DNA from: Vicinamibacteria bacterium
GTDB taxonomy: Bacteria; Acidobacteriota; Vicinamibacteria; Marinacidobacterales; Marinacidobacteraceae
Assembly: GCA_963555995.3 (NCBI GenBank)
Contig: OY821641.1
Coordinates: forward strand, 2,336,001 to 2,400,000
Direction: 5' to 3'
DNA: 64,000 nt
In this document: positions 37,343-49,142 of the stretch, one piece after another
Numbering within the stretch: position 1 is the stretch's first letter
Layout: each line of letters starts with the position of its first letter
Translations under genes and position numbers: made by a program
The notes under the pieces: model-generated
The model's database searches: none
What the model saw: the letters and a program-made list of their open reading frames with translations, nothing else
Told to the model about the DNA's origin: nothing

Positions 37343-39757
37343 ATGAAATTTCGGAGCTTCCAGCGCAGATCCTTCGCTCTGATCCTGTTGGCGGGCACGA
37401 CACTCGGAAACGCCGCAGGGGAACCGGCTCCCATCCCGGCGACAAGCCCCCGGATCGCGGCTCCCAGCGACGCCGTGGCCAACCGGGTGGTGCGCAGCAC
37501 CTGCACGATGTGCCACAACGACCGGCTGATGACGGGGAACCTGTCGCTTCAGGAGTTCGACGTGGCGAAGGCGGCGGAGCACGCGGACGTGGCCGAGGCG
37601 ATGGTCCGGAAGCTGCGCGCCGGGATGATGCCGCCGCCCGGAGCGCGCCGGCCGGGCAGCGAGGCGCTGCTGAGCCTGGTGGAAACCCTGGAGTCCCGCC
37701 TCGACGAGGCCGCCGAGCGCTCCCCCAACCCGGGAGACCGGCCCTTCCAGCGCCTCAACCGCCACGAGTACGGGGAGGCGATCCGTGACCTGCTCGATCT
37801 GGAGGTGGACGCCGGAGACTGGCTGCCGCTCGACCAGATGAGCAACAACTTCGACAACATCGCCGAAGCCCAGACCCTCTCGGCGACCCTGCTCGAGAGC
37901 TATCTGAACGCCGCCAGCGCCATCAGCCGTCTCGCGATCGGCCAGCGCGGCGGAAAGCCGGTGGACCACACCTACACGAACTCGCAGTACCTCTCGCAGC
38001 ATCCCTGGGACCACGTCGAAGGCGCGCCCTACGGCACCCGCGGCGGGCTGGTGGTGGACCACACGTTCCCGGCGGACGCCGAATACACCTTCGGGGTGAC
38101 CTTCACCTCCGGGGCCAACACCCGCATCGAGGACATCGACGTCTCGATCGACGGCGAGCGGGTGGCGCTGCTGGCCTACGACACGAACCGCCGGACCGGC
38201 GCCGACGGCCGGGGCAGCGTGATCACCCTGACCCGGCCCATCTTCGTCCGCGCCGGCACCCGGCGGATTGCCGCCGCCTTCATCCGGCGGCAGCACGGAC
38301 CCTACGAAGACCTGATCCGTCCCCACGACTGGTCCTACGCCGGGGGCGGCTCGGGGGGCGCGGGCATCACGACGCTCCCGCACATCCGGGACGTCATCAT
38401 CACGGGCCCCTACAACGCCACGGGCCTGTCGGAAACGCCGAGCCGGCGCCGTATCTTCTCCTGCCGTCCGACGACCCCCGAAGAAGCGCGGCCCTGCGCC
38501 GGCCGGATCCTCGCGCGGCTCGGTCGCGAGGCGTACCGGCGCAACCTCGGCGGGAAGGAAGTCGAAGACCTGCTCGGGTTCTTCGACGAGGGCGCCGCGG
38601 CCGACGGCTTCGAAGCCGGGATGCGGACGGCGCTCGAGGCGCTGCTCGCGAGCCCCCACTTCGTGCTGCGCCTCGAACGGGCGCCGGCGGACGCTCCGGA
38701 CCGGGGATTCCGGCTGAGCGACACCGACATCGCCTCGCGCCTGTCGTTCTTCCTCTGGGGAGCGCCCCCGGACGACGAGCTCCAGACGCTGGCGGACGAG
38801 GGCCTCCTCACCGAGGAGGAAGTGGAACGCCAGGCGCTCCGGATGCTCGCCGACCCGCGCGCCGGGGCGCTGGGCCGCCGTTTCGCCGCCCAGTGGTTCC
38901 GGTTGCAGGACATGGACAAGGTCAAGCCGGACCCGAACTTCTTCCCGAACTTCGATGACAACCTCGCGTCCGCGATGCGGCGCGAGACGGAGTCATTCTT
39001 CGCCAACCTGGTGCAGGAAGACCGCAGCCTCCTCGACCTCTTCCAAGCCGACTACACCTTCCTGAACGAGCGGCTCGCCCTCCACTACGGGATCCCGGGA
39101 GTCGCCGGCCGGCAGTTCCGCCGCGTCCGGTATCCCGACGAGACCCGCCGCGGGGTCTTCGGCCACGGGAGCGTGCTCGTGCTGACCTCGCTCGCGAACC
39201 GCACCTCTCCGGTGCTCCGCGGCAAGTGGGTGATGGAAGTGCTGATGGGCACGCCGCCGCCCCCGCCGCCGCCCGACACCCCGGTGCTGGAAGAGATCGA
39301 GGAAGTCGCCGACGGGCGGAGGCTCACCACCCGCGAGCGGATGGAGATGCACGCCGCCAACCCGAGCTGCAACTCGTGCCACCGGTTCATTGATCCGATC
39401 GGCCTCGCGCTCGACAACTTCGATGTCACCGGCAAATGGCGCCTCCGCGAGAACGGCGGCCCGCTGGACACCCGCGGCGACTTCTACGACGGCACGCCGG
39501 TCTCCAGCCCGAGCGAGCTGGTGGACGCCCTGCTGCACCGGCCGATCCCGCTGGCGCGCACCTTCACCGAAAACCTGCTGGCGTTCGCGATCGGCCGGCC
39601 GATGGAGCCCTTCGACGGGCCGACCGTCCGCCATATCGCCCGGGCCGCCGAACAAGACGACTACCGCATGGCGTCCTTCATCATGGGCGTGGTGCGGAGC
39701 GACGCCTTCCAGCGCAAGCGGGGTGACGCCACGTCCCCCCTCGAGACAATCCAATAG
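37343..39757 (+). CDS. DUF1592 (PSD-domain) c-type cytochrome protein
   Basis: Signal peptide, CTMCH and CNSCH haem-c motifs, MPP, RLNRHEY...IRDLL, ASRLSFFLW..PDDEL, RTSPVLRGKW, DPIGLALDNFD. Confidence 0.88.
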   Translation: MKFRSFQRRSFALILLAGTTLGNAAGEPAPIPATSPRIAAPSDAVANRVVRSTCTMCHNDRLMTGNLSLQEFDVAKAAEHADVAEAMVRKLRAGMMPPPGARRPGSEALLSLVETLESRLDEAAERSPNPGDRPFQRLNRHEYGEAIRDLLDLEVDAGDWLPLDQMSNNFDNIAEAQTLSATLLESYLNAASAISRLAIGQRGGKPVDHTYTNSQYLSQHPWDHVEGAPYGTRGGLVVDHTFPADAEYTFGVTFTSGANTRIEDIDVSIDGERVALLAYDTNRRTGADGRGSVITLTRPIFVRAGTRRIAAAFIRRQHGPYEDLIRPHDWSYAGGGSGGAGITTLPHIRDVIITGPYNATGLSETPSRRRIFSCRPTTPEEARPCAGRILARLGREAYRRNLGGKEVEDLLGFFDEGAAADGFEAGMRTALEALLASPHFVLRLERAPADAPDRGFRLSDTDIASRLSFFLWGAPPDDELQTLADEGLLTEEEVERQALRMLADPRAGALGRRFAAQWFRLQDMDKVKPDPNFFPNFDDNLASAMRRETESFFANLVQEDRSLLDLFQADYTFLNERLALHYGIPGVAGRQFRRVRYPDETRRGVFGHGSVLVLTSLANRTSPVLRGKWVMEVLMGTPPPPPPPDTPVLEEIEEVADGRRLTTRERMEMHAANPSCNSCHRFIDPIGLALDNFDVTGKWRLRENGGPLDTRGDFYDGTPVSSPSELVDALLHRPIPLARTFTENLLAFAIGRPMEPFDGPTVRHIARAAEQDDYRMASFIMGVVRSDAFQRKRGDATSPLETIQ

Positions 39758-39768
39758 GAGAGACCATC

Positions 39769-41175
39769 ATGTCGCTCATCACCGGAAAGTACCTGCCTCG
39801 CCGGACGTTCCTGCGGGGTGCCGGGGCCGCGGTGGCCCTTCCCTACCTCGACGCGATGTTGCCGGCGGGCCTCGGCAGCAAGGCCGAGGCGTCGCCGACG
39901 GACGTGACGCGCCTCGTCTGCATCGAGGAAGTGCACGGCCTTCCCGGCTGCAACGAGTGGGGCGCCACCCAGCACCTGTTCGCACCGGACACCGAGGGAC
40001 GCGACTTCAGGATGTCGGACGACAACGCGCTGAAGTCCCTCGAGCCGTACCAGGAGTACCTGACCATCGTCAGCAACACCGACGTGCGGATGGCGGAGGC
40101 GTTCACCGGGCCGGAGATCGGGGGAGACCACTTCCGGTCGTCCGCGGTCTTCCTGACCCAGTCCCACCCGAAGCAGACACAGGGCTCGGACATCTGGTGC
40201 GGCACCTCGCTCGACCAGTACTACGCGCAGGCGTTCGGCCAGGCCACCCCGATGCCGTCCATGCAGCTCTGCATCGAGAACCTCGACCAGGCCGGCGGCT
40301 GCACCTACAACTACTCCTGCGCCTACACCGACTCGATCAGTTGGGCGTCGCCGAACGAGCCGCTGCCGATGATCCGCGACCCGCGGGTCGCCTTCGAGAT
40401 GCTGTTCGGCGCGGGGAGCAGTCCCGAGGAGCGCGCCGAGCGCCGGGCCACCCGGCGCAGCATTCTCGACTGGATCCTGAGCGACGTGGCCGAGGTCCGC
40501 AACGAGCTCGGGAACATTGACCGCCTCCGGATGGACCGTTACCTCGACCACGTTCGCGAGGTCGAGCGGCGCATCCAGATGGTCGAGGGCTACAACAACA
40601 GCGGCGAGACCCGGGAACTGCCGGACGCGCCTCCGGGGGTGCCGGACTCCTTCACCGAGCACATGCAGCTCCTGTTCGACCTGCAGGTCCTGGCGCTCGA
40701 GACCGACATGACCCGGGTGATCTCGTTCAAGACCGGACGCGACGCCCAGAACCGCTCGTTTCCCGAGAGCGGGACGAACTCACCGTTCCACCCCGCGTCG
40801 CACCACGGCAACCGGGAAGAGCGGATCATGGACTTCAACACGATCTGCAAGTACCGGGTGGGGCAGCTCCCCTACTTCCTGGAGCAGCTCAAGAACACGG
40901 AGGAAGACGGCGTTTCGCTGCTCGACAAGACGGCGATCATCTGGGGCTCCCCGATGGCCGACGCCAACATCCACAACCACCGGCGCGCTCCGCTGATGTT
41001 CCTGGGCCGGGCGAACGGGCATCTCACCGGCAACCTCCACGTGAAGGCTCCGGACGGGACGCCCATGGCGAACGCGATGCTCGCCGTCGTGCAGTCGCTG
41101 GGCCTCGAAATGGAGTCCTTCGGCGACAGCAACGGAACGCTCTCCGTGACGGAGCCGATCACGGACACGGACTAG
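39769..41175 (+). CDS. DUF1552 (HxxSHH) protein
   Basis: Twin-arginine-like RRTFLRG, ALPYLDAM, RRSILD, HPASHH; AGGAGAG SD. Confidence 0.88.
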   Translation: MSLITGKYLPRRTFLRGAGAAVALPYLDAMLPAGLGSKAEASPTDVTRLVCIEEVHGLPGCNEWGATQHLFAPDTEGRDFRMSDDNALKSLEPYQEYLTIVSNTDVRMAEAFTGPEIGGDHFRSSAVFLTQSHPKQTQGSDIWCGTSLDQYYAQAFGQATPMPSMQLCIENLDQAGGCTYNYSCAYTDSISWASPNEPLPMIRDPRVAFEMLFGAGSSPEERAERRATRRSILDWILSDVAEVRNELGNIDRLRMDRYLDHVREVERRIQMVEGYNNSGETRELPDAPPGVPDSFTEHMQLLFDLQVLALETDMTRVISFKTGRDAQNRSFPESGTNSPFHPASHHGNREERIMDFNTICKYRVGQLPYFLEQLKNTEEDGVSLLDKTAIIWGSPMADANIHNHRRAPLMFLGRANGHLTGNLHVKAPDGTPMANAMLAVVQSLGLEMESFGDSNGTLSVTEPITDTD

Positions 41176-41358
41176 CAGCCTGTGGACAAAGTCACGCGGC
41201 ATTCGAACGCCGATACATCCCGCCTGAACCGCGCCTCTGCGAGGCGCTCGGCGTTGCGTTTCGGTCGGAATACACTCGGTATTCCTCCCTCACGCGCCTT
41301 GTCAGCCGGGCGCCTCGGCGTTCTCGGTGCTCACGTCACTTTATCCACAGGCTGCTAG
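41172..41358. mobile_element. 187-bp MITE-like element, copy A
   Basis: CTAGCAGCCTGTGGA...TCCACAGGCTGCTAG terminal inverted repeats; reverse complement aligns end-to-end with 47395-47581. Confidence 0.85.
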
Positions 41359-41392
41359 GAGTCCGGTCCCATCCGGGCGAAGGAGAAGGCCA

Positions 41393-43243
41393 GTGCGGAC
41401 TTCCAGTTTTCTGAGCGCCGCCCTCGCAGCGCTCCTGATCGCCGGTTTCGCCATCTCGGCGCCGCCGGTGGCGGCGCCGGTGGCCGATGCCGCGCGGATC
41501 GGTGACCTCGATGCGGTCCGGGCCCTGCTCGCGGCCGGCGAGGACGTGAGCGCCGCCCACGGCGACGGCATGTCGGCCCTCCACTGGGCCGCCGAGCGCG
41601 GCGACACCGAACTCGTCCAGACGCTCCTCGAGGGCGGCGCCAAAGTGGACGCGGTGACCCGCATCGGCAGCTACACGCCGCTGCACGTGGCGAGTTCCGC
41701 CGGGCAGGCGGGGGTGATGGAGTTGCTGCTGGAGGCCGGTTCCGACGCGACGAGCGCGACCAGCCCGGGCGGAGCGACCCCCCTGCACCTCGCGGCGAAT
41801 GCGGGCAGCGTCGCCGCCATCGCGGCGCTGATCGCCCATGGCGCCGAGGTGGACGCCAGGGAAACCACCTGGGGCCAGACGCCGCTGATCTTCGCGGCGG
41901 CGCGCAACCGCGTGGAAGCGATCCGGGCGCTGCTCGAGCGCGGCGCGGATCCGAACGCCGCTTCGAACGTCGTGGACCTCATCGCCGACTACGAACTGGC
42001 CGAAGCGGCGAAGAAGCGGCAGGAAGCCGTGCTCGAGGCGTTCACCGGCGGGGAAGGCGATCCGACCTCGCCCCAGACGCAGACCGCGGTCCTCGCGGCT
42101 CGCGAGCTCTACCTGTCCGGAGAGGTCCCCGAGAAGAAGGGAGAGGACAACGATCCGTTCGCCCGCTTCCGCCGGCCGCAACTCAAGGCCAAGGGCGGGC
42201 TGACGCCGCTGCTGCACGCCGCCCGGCAGGGATTCCACGAGGCCGCGGCCGCGCTCCTCGAGGGCGATGCCGACGTCAATCAGGTGTCTGCCGCCGACGG
42301 CGCCAGTCCGCTGTTGATGGCGGCGGTCAACGGGCAGTTCGATCTGGCGATGGTCCTGCTCGAGCGGGGCGCCGACCCCAACGTCGCGGCGACGGAAAAC
42401 GGCGTAACGCCGCTCTGGGGGACGGTCAACGCCGAATGGCAACCCCGGACCCGCTATCCGCAGCCTCAGGAGCATGATCGGCAGGAGACCACCTACCTGG
42501 ATCTCATGCGGGCGCTTCTGGAAGCCGGCGCCGACCCGAACGCCCGGATCACCAAGCACCCCTGGTACATGGTCTACAGCGGCTGCGGCAACTCGAACTG
42601 CGGCCTCGTGAACACGGAGGGCGCGACCGCCTTCTGGCGGGCCGCCTACGCCACCGACATCCCGGCGATGCGCCTGCTGGCCGAGTACGGCGCCGATCCC
42701 AACATCCCCACCAAGGCGCCGGAACCACGGCGGCGCCGGGGCGGCACAACGGCGGGAGCCAGCGAGAAGAACACTTCCCTCTCGGCGCTGCCGGCCGCGC
42801 CCGGGCTCTGGATCCCCACCGACCTGACCTCCATGGGTCCCGACCCATCCGGGCTTCCGCCCTACAAGGCCGGCGGTCCGGGGGTGTATCCGATCCACGC
42901 CGCTTCCGGGGTGGGCTACGGCGAAGGTTTCGCCGGGAACGCCCACCGGCACTCGGACTCGTGGCTGGAGGCCGTCCAGTACCTGATCGAACTCGGCGCC
43001 GACGTGAACGAGCGGGATCAGAACGGCTACAACGCGATCCACCACGCAGCCGCGCGGGGTGACAACGAAATGATCCTCTTCCTGGTGGAGCACGGCGGCG
43101 ACGTCACCGCGGTGAGCCGGCGGGGGCAGACGACGGCCGACATGGCCAACGGCCCGGTACAGCGGGTATCGCCGATTCCCGAGACCGTGGCGCTGCTGGA
43201 GAGCCTGGGCTCGAAGAACAATCACAACTGCGTCTCGTGTTGA
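41393..43243 (+). CDS. Secreted ankyrin-repeat protein
   Basis: Signal peptide; repeated G.TPLH.A / TPL..AA...LL..GAD.N units; internal CGNSNC and terminal NNHNCVSC; AGGAG SD before GTG 41393. Confidence 0.88.
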   Translation: MRTSSFLSAALAALLIAGFAISAPPVAAPVADAARIGDLDAVRALLAAGEDVSAAHGDGMSALHWAAERGDTELVQTLLEGGAKVDAVTRIGSYTPLHVASSAGQAGVMELLLEAGSDATSATSPGGATPLHLAANAGSVAAIAALIAHGAEVDARETTWGQTPLIFAAARNRVEAIRALLERGADPNAASNVVDLIADYELAEAAKKRQEAVLEAFTGGEGDPTSPQTQTAVLAARELYLSGEVPEKKGEDNDPFARFRRPQLKAKGGLTPLLHAARQGFHEAAAALLEGDADVNQVSAADGASPLLMAAVNGQFDLAMVLLERGADPNVAATENGVTPLWGTVNAEWQPRTRYPQPQEHDRQETTYLDLMRALLEAGADPNARITKHPWYMVYSGCGNSNCGLVNTEGATAFWRAAYATDIPAMRLLAEYGADPNIPTKAPEPRRRRGGTTAGASEKNTSLSALPAAPGLWIPTDLTSMGPDPSGLPPYKAGGPGVYPIHAASGVGYGEGFAGNAHRHSDSWLEAVQYLIELGADVNERDQNGYNAIHHAAARGDNEMILFLVEHGGDVTAVSRRGQTTADMANGPVQRVSPIPETVALLESLGSKNNHNCVSC

Positions 43244-44007
43244 GCCTGTTCGAGGCATGGCGTTTGGCGCCGGTCGCACTGCTGCTGGCCGGCGCCCTTC
43301 CGGCGGCGGCCACAGCGCAGGAGGCGCCGGAAACGACGCCGTGGATGGAAATGGCCCTCGTCGGGGTGGACCCGGGCCAGGTGGACGAGTTCCTGGCGGC
43401 GCAGCGCGAGTTGGCGGCCCTCGAGCAGAAGGCTGGCGCACCCTGGCGGGTGGTAAGCCGCACCGCGGGGTTCGGGGACACCTACCGGTTCGTGATCGTG
43501 AAACCGCTCGCCCAGTTCGCCCAACTGGACCGGCCCGGACGTCCCGATCCTGCTCGCACTTCCGTCGAGAGCCGCATCGAGCGCACCGTGACCAGCCGCC
43601 GGACCTTCGCGCTCCGGACCACGCCCGACATAGACAACCCGCTCCCCGACGGCCGGGATCCGGCCCTGATGCTGGTCCAGTTGGTCTCCGTGGTTCCCGG
43701 CCGCGAACAGGACTACGTCCGGGTCATGGCCGAGGACGTGCTGCCTCACTTCAAGGAGGCGAACATGCACCACTCCTCGGGCGCCCTGACGCTCGGGGGC
43801 GACAGCGGCTACATCCACTTCTTCCATCTGCGGAACTTCGGGGCGCTCGACCAGGGCTCGCCCATGGCCCGAGCCCTCGGGCCCGAAGGCGCGCTGGAGG
43901 TCACCGCCAAGCTGGCGGGCGTGCTGGCGCGGACCGAGCAGTGGATCGTCCGCCACCTGCCGGACCTGAGCTTCCGGCAGGAAGCGAAAGCCGAAGGCGA
44001 GAACTGA
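43237..44007 (+). CDS. Secreted hypothetical protein, two tandem alpha/beta (NIPSNAP-like) repeats
   Basis: Signal ATA|Q; two similar halves (VDPGQVDEF / VVPGREQDY; TPDID / LPDLSF); overlaps the ankyrin stop. Confidence 0.65.
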   Translation: MLSLFEAWRLAPVALLLAGALPAAATAQEAPETTPWMEMALVGVDPGQVDEFLAAQRELAALEQKAGAPWRVVSRTAGFGDTYRFVIVKPLAQFAQLDRPGRPDPARTSVESRIERTVTSRRTFALRTTPDIDNPLPDGRDPALMLVQLVSVVPGREQDYVRVMAEDVLPHFKEANMHHSSGALTLGGDSGYIHFFHLRNFGALDQGSPMARALGPEGALEVTAKLAGVLARTEQWIVRHLPDLSFRQEAKAEGEN

Positions 44008-44062
44008 GCCGCGATGCCGGCCTGAGAGCCGGCGTGTCCTCCGGGGCTACAATGGCCGCGCA

Positions 44063-45337
<1,275 letters not shown>

Positions 45338-45382
45338 TCCGGTCCTGGGACCCGTCGGGGTCCCTCTTGCAATCTCCTACCC

Positions 45383-46012
45383 ATGCCGAAAGCGCCCCGC
45401 GACCGCGCCCGCTTCGTGACGAGCGCCGTCACCAGGGCGGGCTTTCCCTCCGCCCCCCTTCCCGAGGTGGCGTTCGTGGGCCGGTCGAACGTGGGGAAGT
45501 CGAGCCTTCTCAACCGGCTGGCGGGCCAGCGGGGCCTGGCCCACGTCTCCCGGACACCCGGCCGGACGCGCATGGTCAACTTCTTCGAGGTGCCCGGACG
45601 CTACCGGCTCGTGGACCTTCCCGGTTACGGCTATGCCCGGGCGCCGGAGGCGCTCCGCGCCGGGTGGGAGGACCTGGTGCTCGCCTACCTGACCGGACGG
45701 GCGAGTCTCGTGCTGAACCTGCTGCTGGTGGACGCGCGGCGCGATCCGCTTGCGAACGACCTGAAGGCGCTGGAACTGCTCGGCTCCAGCGGGCGGCCGG
45801 TGGCCGTGGTGGCGACCAAGATGGACAAGCTCAGGAGTTCGCAGGCCGCATCGCGGCTGCGGCAGCTCTCGCAGGCGTTCGGCAGGGACGGAGAAGTTCG
45901 GGTGATTCCCTGCTCGACGGTGACCAGCGGCAAGCGGCCGCGGGACCCCGGCCGGGAAGGAGTCGGCGAGGTTCGCCAACTGATCGCCGAAAGGGTCGAG
46001 GCATGGCGCTGA
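45383..46012 (+). CDS. engB: Ribosome biogenesis GTPase YihA/YsxC
   Basis: GRSNVGKSSL, SRTPGRT, DLPGYG, TKMDK. Confidence 0.92.
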   Translation: MPKAPRDRARFVTSAVTRAGFPSAPLPEVAFVGRSNVGKSSLLNRLAGQRGLAHVSRTPGRTRMVNFFEVPGRYRLVDLPGYGYARAPEALRAGWEDLVLAYLTGRASLVLNLLLVDARRDPLANDLKALELLGSSGRPVAVVATKMDKLRSSQAASRLRQLSQAFGRDGEVRVIPCSTVTSGKRPRDPGREGVGEVRQLIAERVEAWR

Positions 46013-47364
46013 GTTCCGGCGCCGGCACGATCCGGCGCCGTTCCCGCAAGGTGTTCCGCGCCGGCCCCCGTGTCCTCGAAAAGGCGCCGCCCCCCTCCGG
46101 GCCGGTGCTCTACACCGCAGAACTCGCCCGCATGAGCCCCCCGGACCTGCAGCGGGTCGCGGCGGACCTGGGGATCGCCACCCCGGACGCGCTGACCCGG
46201 CAGGATCTCCTCTACCGGGTGCTCGGGGCGCACACGAGTCAGGGAGGGCGGGTCGTGGCCCAGGGGACCCTGCACCGCCTGGTGGAGGGGTTCGGGTTCC
46301 TCCGCTCTCCCATCAACTCCTATCTCCCGGGCCCCAACGACGTGTACGTCTCGCCCACCCAGATTCGCCGGTTCAACCTCAGGAACGGCGACATGCTGCT
46401 CGGCGACATCCGCCGGCCGCGCCGCGGGGAGCGCTACTTCGGACTCCGCGATCTCGAGATGGTGAACGGCGAACCCGCCGTGGAGAACCCGGAGCGGCCC
46501 GAGTTCGAGTCCCTCACGCCCCTCCATCCGGACCACATGATCCGGCTCGAGAACGACTCGGGGGACCTGGCGGCGCGGGTCGTGGATCTGGTGGCGCCCA
46601 TCGGGGCCGGCCAGCGCGGACTCATCGTGGCGCCGCCGCGGGCAGGCAAGACCGTCCTGCTGCAATCCATCGCGAAAGGCATCCAGAAGAACCACCCGGA
46701 CGTCGAGTTGCTGGTCCTGCTGGTGGACGAGCGGCCGGAGGAAGTCTCCGACATGGTCAAGAGCGTCCGGGGCGAAATCCTGAGCTCGACCTTCGACGAA
46801 CGCGGGATCCGCCACATCCAGGTCGCGGAAGCAGCGCTCGACCGCGCCCGGCGGCGCGTCGAGCTGGGCAAAGACGTGGTCATCCTCCTGGACTCGCTGA
46901 CCCGCCTGGCGCGGGCCTACAACCACACCAAGGCCTCCGCCCAGGGCCGGCTGCTCTCCGGGGGCATGGATGCCACCGCCATCCAGTACCCGAAGAAGTT
47001 CTTCGGCGCCGCGCGGAACATCGAGGACGGAGGTTCGCTGACCATCCTGGCCACCGCGCTGGTGGACACCGGCAGCCGGCTCGACGATCTCGTCTATGAG
47101 GAGTTCAAGGGCACCGGGAACATGGAGATCCATCTCGATCAGCGCCTTCTGGAGCAGCGTCTCTTCCCCGCGATCGACCTCCACCAAAGCGGCACGCGGC
47201 GGGAGGAACTGCTGCTTACTCCCGAAGAGCTGCAGCGGATGGTCGTCCTCCGGCGGGTGCTCGCCTCGCTGGACGCGGTGGAGGCGATGGCGCTCGTCAT
47301 CGAGAAGATGGGGCAGACCGGGTCGAACGCGGAGTTCCTGCAGGCCATGACGAACTCCGACTGA
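46003..47364 (+). CDS. rho: Transcription termination factor Rho
   Basis: [55 protein letters not shown]. Confidence 0.95.
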   Translation: MALSSGAGTIRRRSRKVFRAGPRVLEKAPPPSGPVLYTAELARMSPPDLQRVAADLGIATPDALTRQDLLYRVLGAHTSQGGRVVAQGTLHRLVEGFGFLRSPINSYLPGPNDVYVSPTQIRRFNLRNGDMLLGDIRRPRRGERYFGLRDLEMVNGEPAVENPERPEFESLTPLHPDHMIRLENDSGDLAARVVDLVAPIGAGQRGLIVAPPRAGKTVLLQSIAKGIQKNHPDVELLVLLVDERPEEVSDMVKSVRGEILSSTFDERGIRHIQVAEAALDRARRRVELGKDVVILLDSLTRLARAYNHTKASAQGRLLSGGMDATAIQYPKKFFGAARNIEDGGSLTILATALVDTGSRLDDLVYEEFKGTGNMEIHLDQRLLEQRLFPAIDLHQSGTRREELLLTPEELQRMVVLRRVLASLDAVEAMALVIEKMGQTGSNAEFLQAMTNSD

Positions 47365-47394
47365 GCGCCACCGCACCGCGGCGCCTTCGGACTG

Positions 47395-47581
47395 CTAGCA
47401 GCCTGTGGTGAAACCCACGTGAGCGCCGAGACGGGTGAGGCGCCCGGCTGACAAGGCGCGTGAGGGAGGAATGCCGAGTGTATTCCGACCGAAACGCAAC
47501 GCAGAGCGCCTCGCAGAGGCGCGGTTCAGGCGGGATGCTTCGCCCGTCGAACGCCGCGTGGGTTTTGCCAGAGGCTGCTAG
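47395..47581. mobile_element. 187-bp MITE-like element, copy B (inverted relative to copy A)
   Basis: CTAGCAGCCTGTGG...GAGGCTGCTAG; core of about 100 bp nearly identical to copy A. Confidence 0.85.
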
Positions 47582-47597
47582 ACTTCGCGCCCCTCGA

Positions 47598-47837
47598 ATG
47601 CGCCCCGACATCCACCCCGAATACAACGAGATCACGGTGAACTGCGCCTGCGGCGCCAGTTTCGTGACCCGTTCCACCCGGGGCAGCGATCTGCGGCTCG
47701 AGATCTGTTCCGCCTGCCATCCGTTCTTTACCGGGAAGCACCGGATCGTGGACTCGACCGGACGGGTGGAACGGTTCCGCCAGAAGTACGGCGAGGTTCG
47801 ATCGCGGCGGGCGGCGCAGGCGAGCGCCACGCAGTAG
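47598..47837 (+). CDS. rpmE: 50S ribosomal protein L31 (zinc-binding type)
   Basis: MRPDIHPEY...CACG...[10 protein letters not shown]...GRVERF. Confidence 0.95.
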   Translation: MRPDIHPEYNEITVNCACGASFVTRSTRGSDLRLEICSACHPFFTGKHRIVDSTGRVERFRQKYGEVRSRRAAQASATQ

Positions 47838-48035
47838 CAGCGCTCTCGGGCAGGAATTCGCAACCGGTCCGGGTTCCGGATCCGTGCGCCTGTCCGTTCC
47901 CGGACCACGGCGCCCTTCGGCCGGAAACCCGGCCCGTCCGTGGACCGCTACCATGATGCCCGCGCCGTCCCGGGCCCGGGCCGAAACCCAGGGCGCTCGG
48001 CTCGCCCGAAGCACACCGCCGACAAAGACATCGCC

Positions 48036-49142
48036 ATGACCATCAGGACCGCGGCCGGAGACGCCGGCGCGGGGATCGAAGCCGCCCTCGCCGCCGCCGA
48101 AGAGCGCTACCGCGAGGTCACCGCTAGGCTCGCCAGTCCCGGCGTCCTCGCCGATCCGGCGGAGCTCCGCCGTCTTTCGACGATGCATGCCGAGCTGGAG
48201 CCGCTGATGGACGCCGGGGGACGGTATCGGCAACTCGGCGAACGGCTCGCGGAAGCGATCGAAATGGAGAGCGACCCGGACCCCGAGGTGGCCGAGCTGG
48301 CGGCCGAGGAAGCCGCCGGGACGCGCGCTGAACTGGAACTGGTCACCGGCGAGATCCGGCGCCGGCTGCTTCCCCGGGATCCGAACGACGACCGCAACGT
48401 GCTGCTCGAGGTGAGGGCCGGGACCGGCGGGGAGGAAGCGGCCCTCTTCGCCCGCGAGGTCTTCCGGATGTACGAACAGTACGCGCGGTCCAACGGGTTC
48501 CGGGTGGACGTGGTCTCCAGCCAGGAATCCCCGGTGGGGGGCATCAAGGAAATCGTCTCGGTGATCGAGGGCAAGGGCGCCTTCAACCGGCTGAAGTTCG
48601 AGAGCGGGGTGCACCGCGTACAGCGGGTGCCGGCGACCGAGGCGTCCGGACGGATCCATACCTCCGCGGTCACGGTGGCCGTGCTCCCGGAGGCCGAGGA
48701 CGTCGAGATCCAGATTGATCCCAAGGACCTGCGCGTGGACACGTTCTGCTCCTCCGGCCCCGGCGGCCAGAGCGTGAACACCACCTATTCGGCGGTGCGC
48801 ATCACCCACCTTCCCTCCGGGCTGGTGGTGAGCTGCCAGGACGAGAAATCGCAGATCAAGAACAAGGCGAAGGCGCTGCGCGTCCTCAAATCCCGACTGC
48901 TCGAAGTGGCCCGGCAGGAGCAGCAGGCGCAGGTGGCCGAGGCGCGGCGCGGACAGGTGGGCCGCGGCGACCGGAGCGAAAAGATCCGGACCTACAACTT
49001 CAAGGAGAACCGGATCACCGACCACCGGATCGCGCTCACCCTCCACTCCCTCCCGAACGTCCTGGGGGGAGAGCTCGACCCGCTGATCGAGCCGCTCCAC
49101 GCCCGGGAGCAGTCCGAGCGGCTGAGGGCCCTGAACCTCTGA
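48036..49142 (+). CDS. prfA: Peptide chain release factor 1
   Basis: EVRAGTGGEEA, RVPATE (PxT), SGPGGQSVN, RSEKIRTYNF. Confidence 0.95.
   Translation: MTIRTAAGDAGAGIEAALAAAEERYREVTARLASPGVLADPAELRRLSTMHAELEPLMDAGGRYRQLGERLAEAIEMESDPDPEVAELAAEEAAGTRAELELVTGEIRRRLLPRDPNDDRNVLLEVRAGTGGEEAALFAREVFRMYEQYARSNGFRVDVVSSQESPVGGIKEIVSVIEGKGAFNRLKFESGVHRVQRVPATEASGRIHTSAVTVAVLPEAEDVEIQIDPKDLRVDTFCSSGPGGQSVNTTYSAVRITHLPSGLVVSCQDEKSQIKNKAKALRVLKSRLLEVARQEQQAQVAEARRGQVGRGDRSEKIRTYNFKENRITDHRIALTLHSLPNVLGGELDPLIEPLHAREQSERLRALNL

Noticed and set aside
43229-43260. Selenocysteine read-through at the ankyrin gene's CVSC-TGA, given selB in the window
   Set aside because: The TGA overlaps the start of the next gene, and no convincing SECIS or protein-like continuation is visible.
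45367-46002. Apparent 665-aa Rho with a long N-terminal extension
   Set aside because: The extension is an alternative frame of engB; Rho starts at ATG 46003.
47460-47597. N-terminal extensions of rpmE (and of the ankyrin ORF from 41327) in the ORF track
   Set aside because: The extensions are translated MITE sequence; real starts are at 47598 and 41393.
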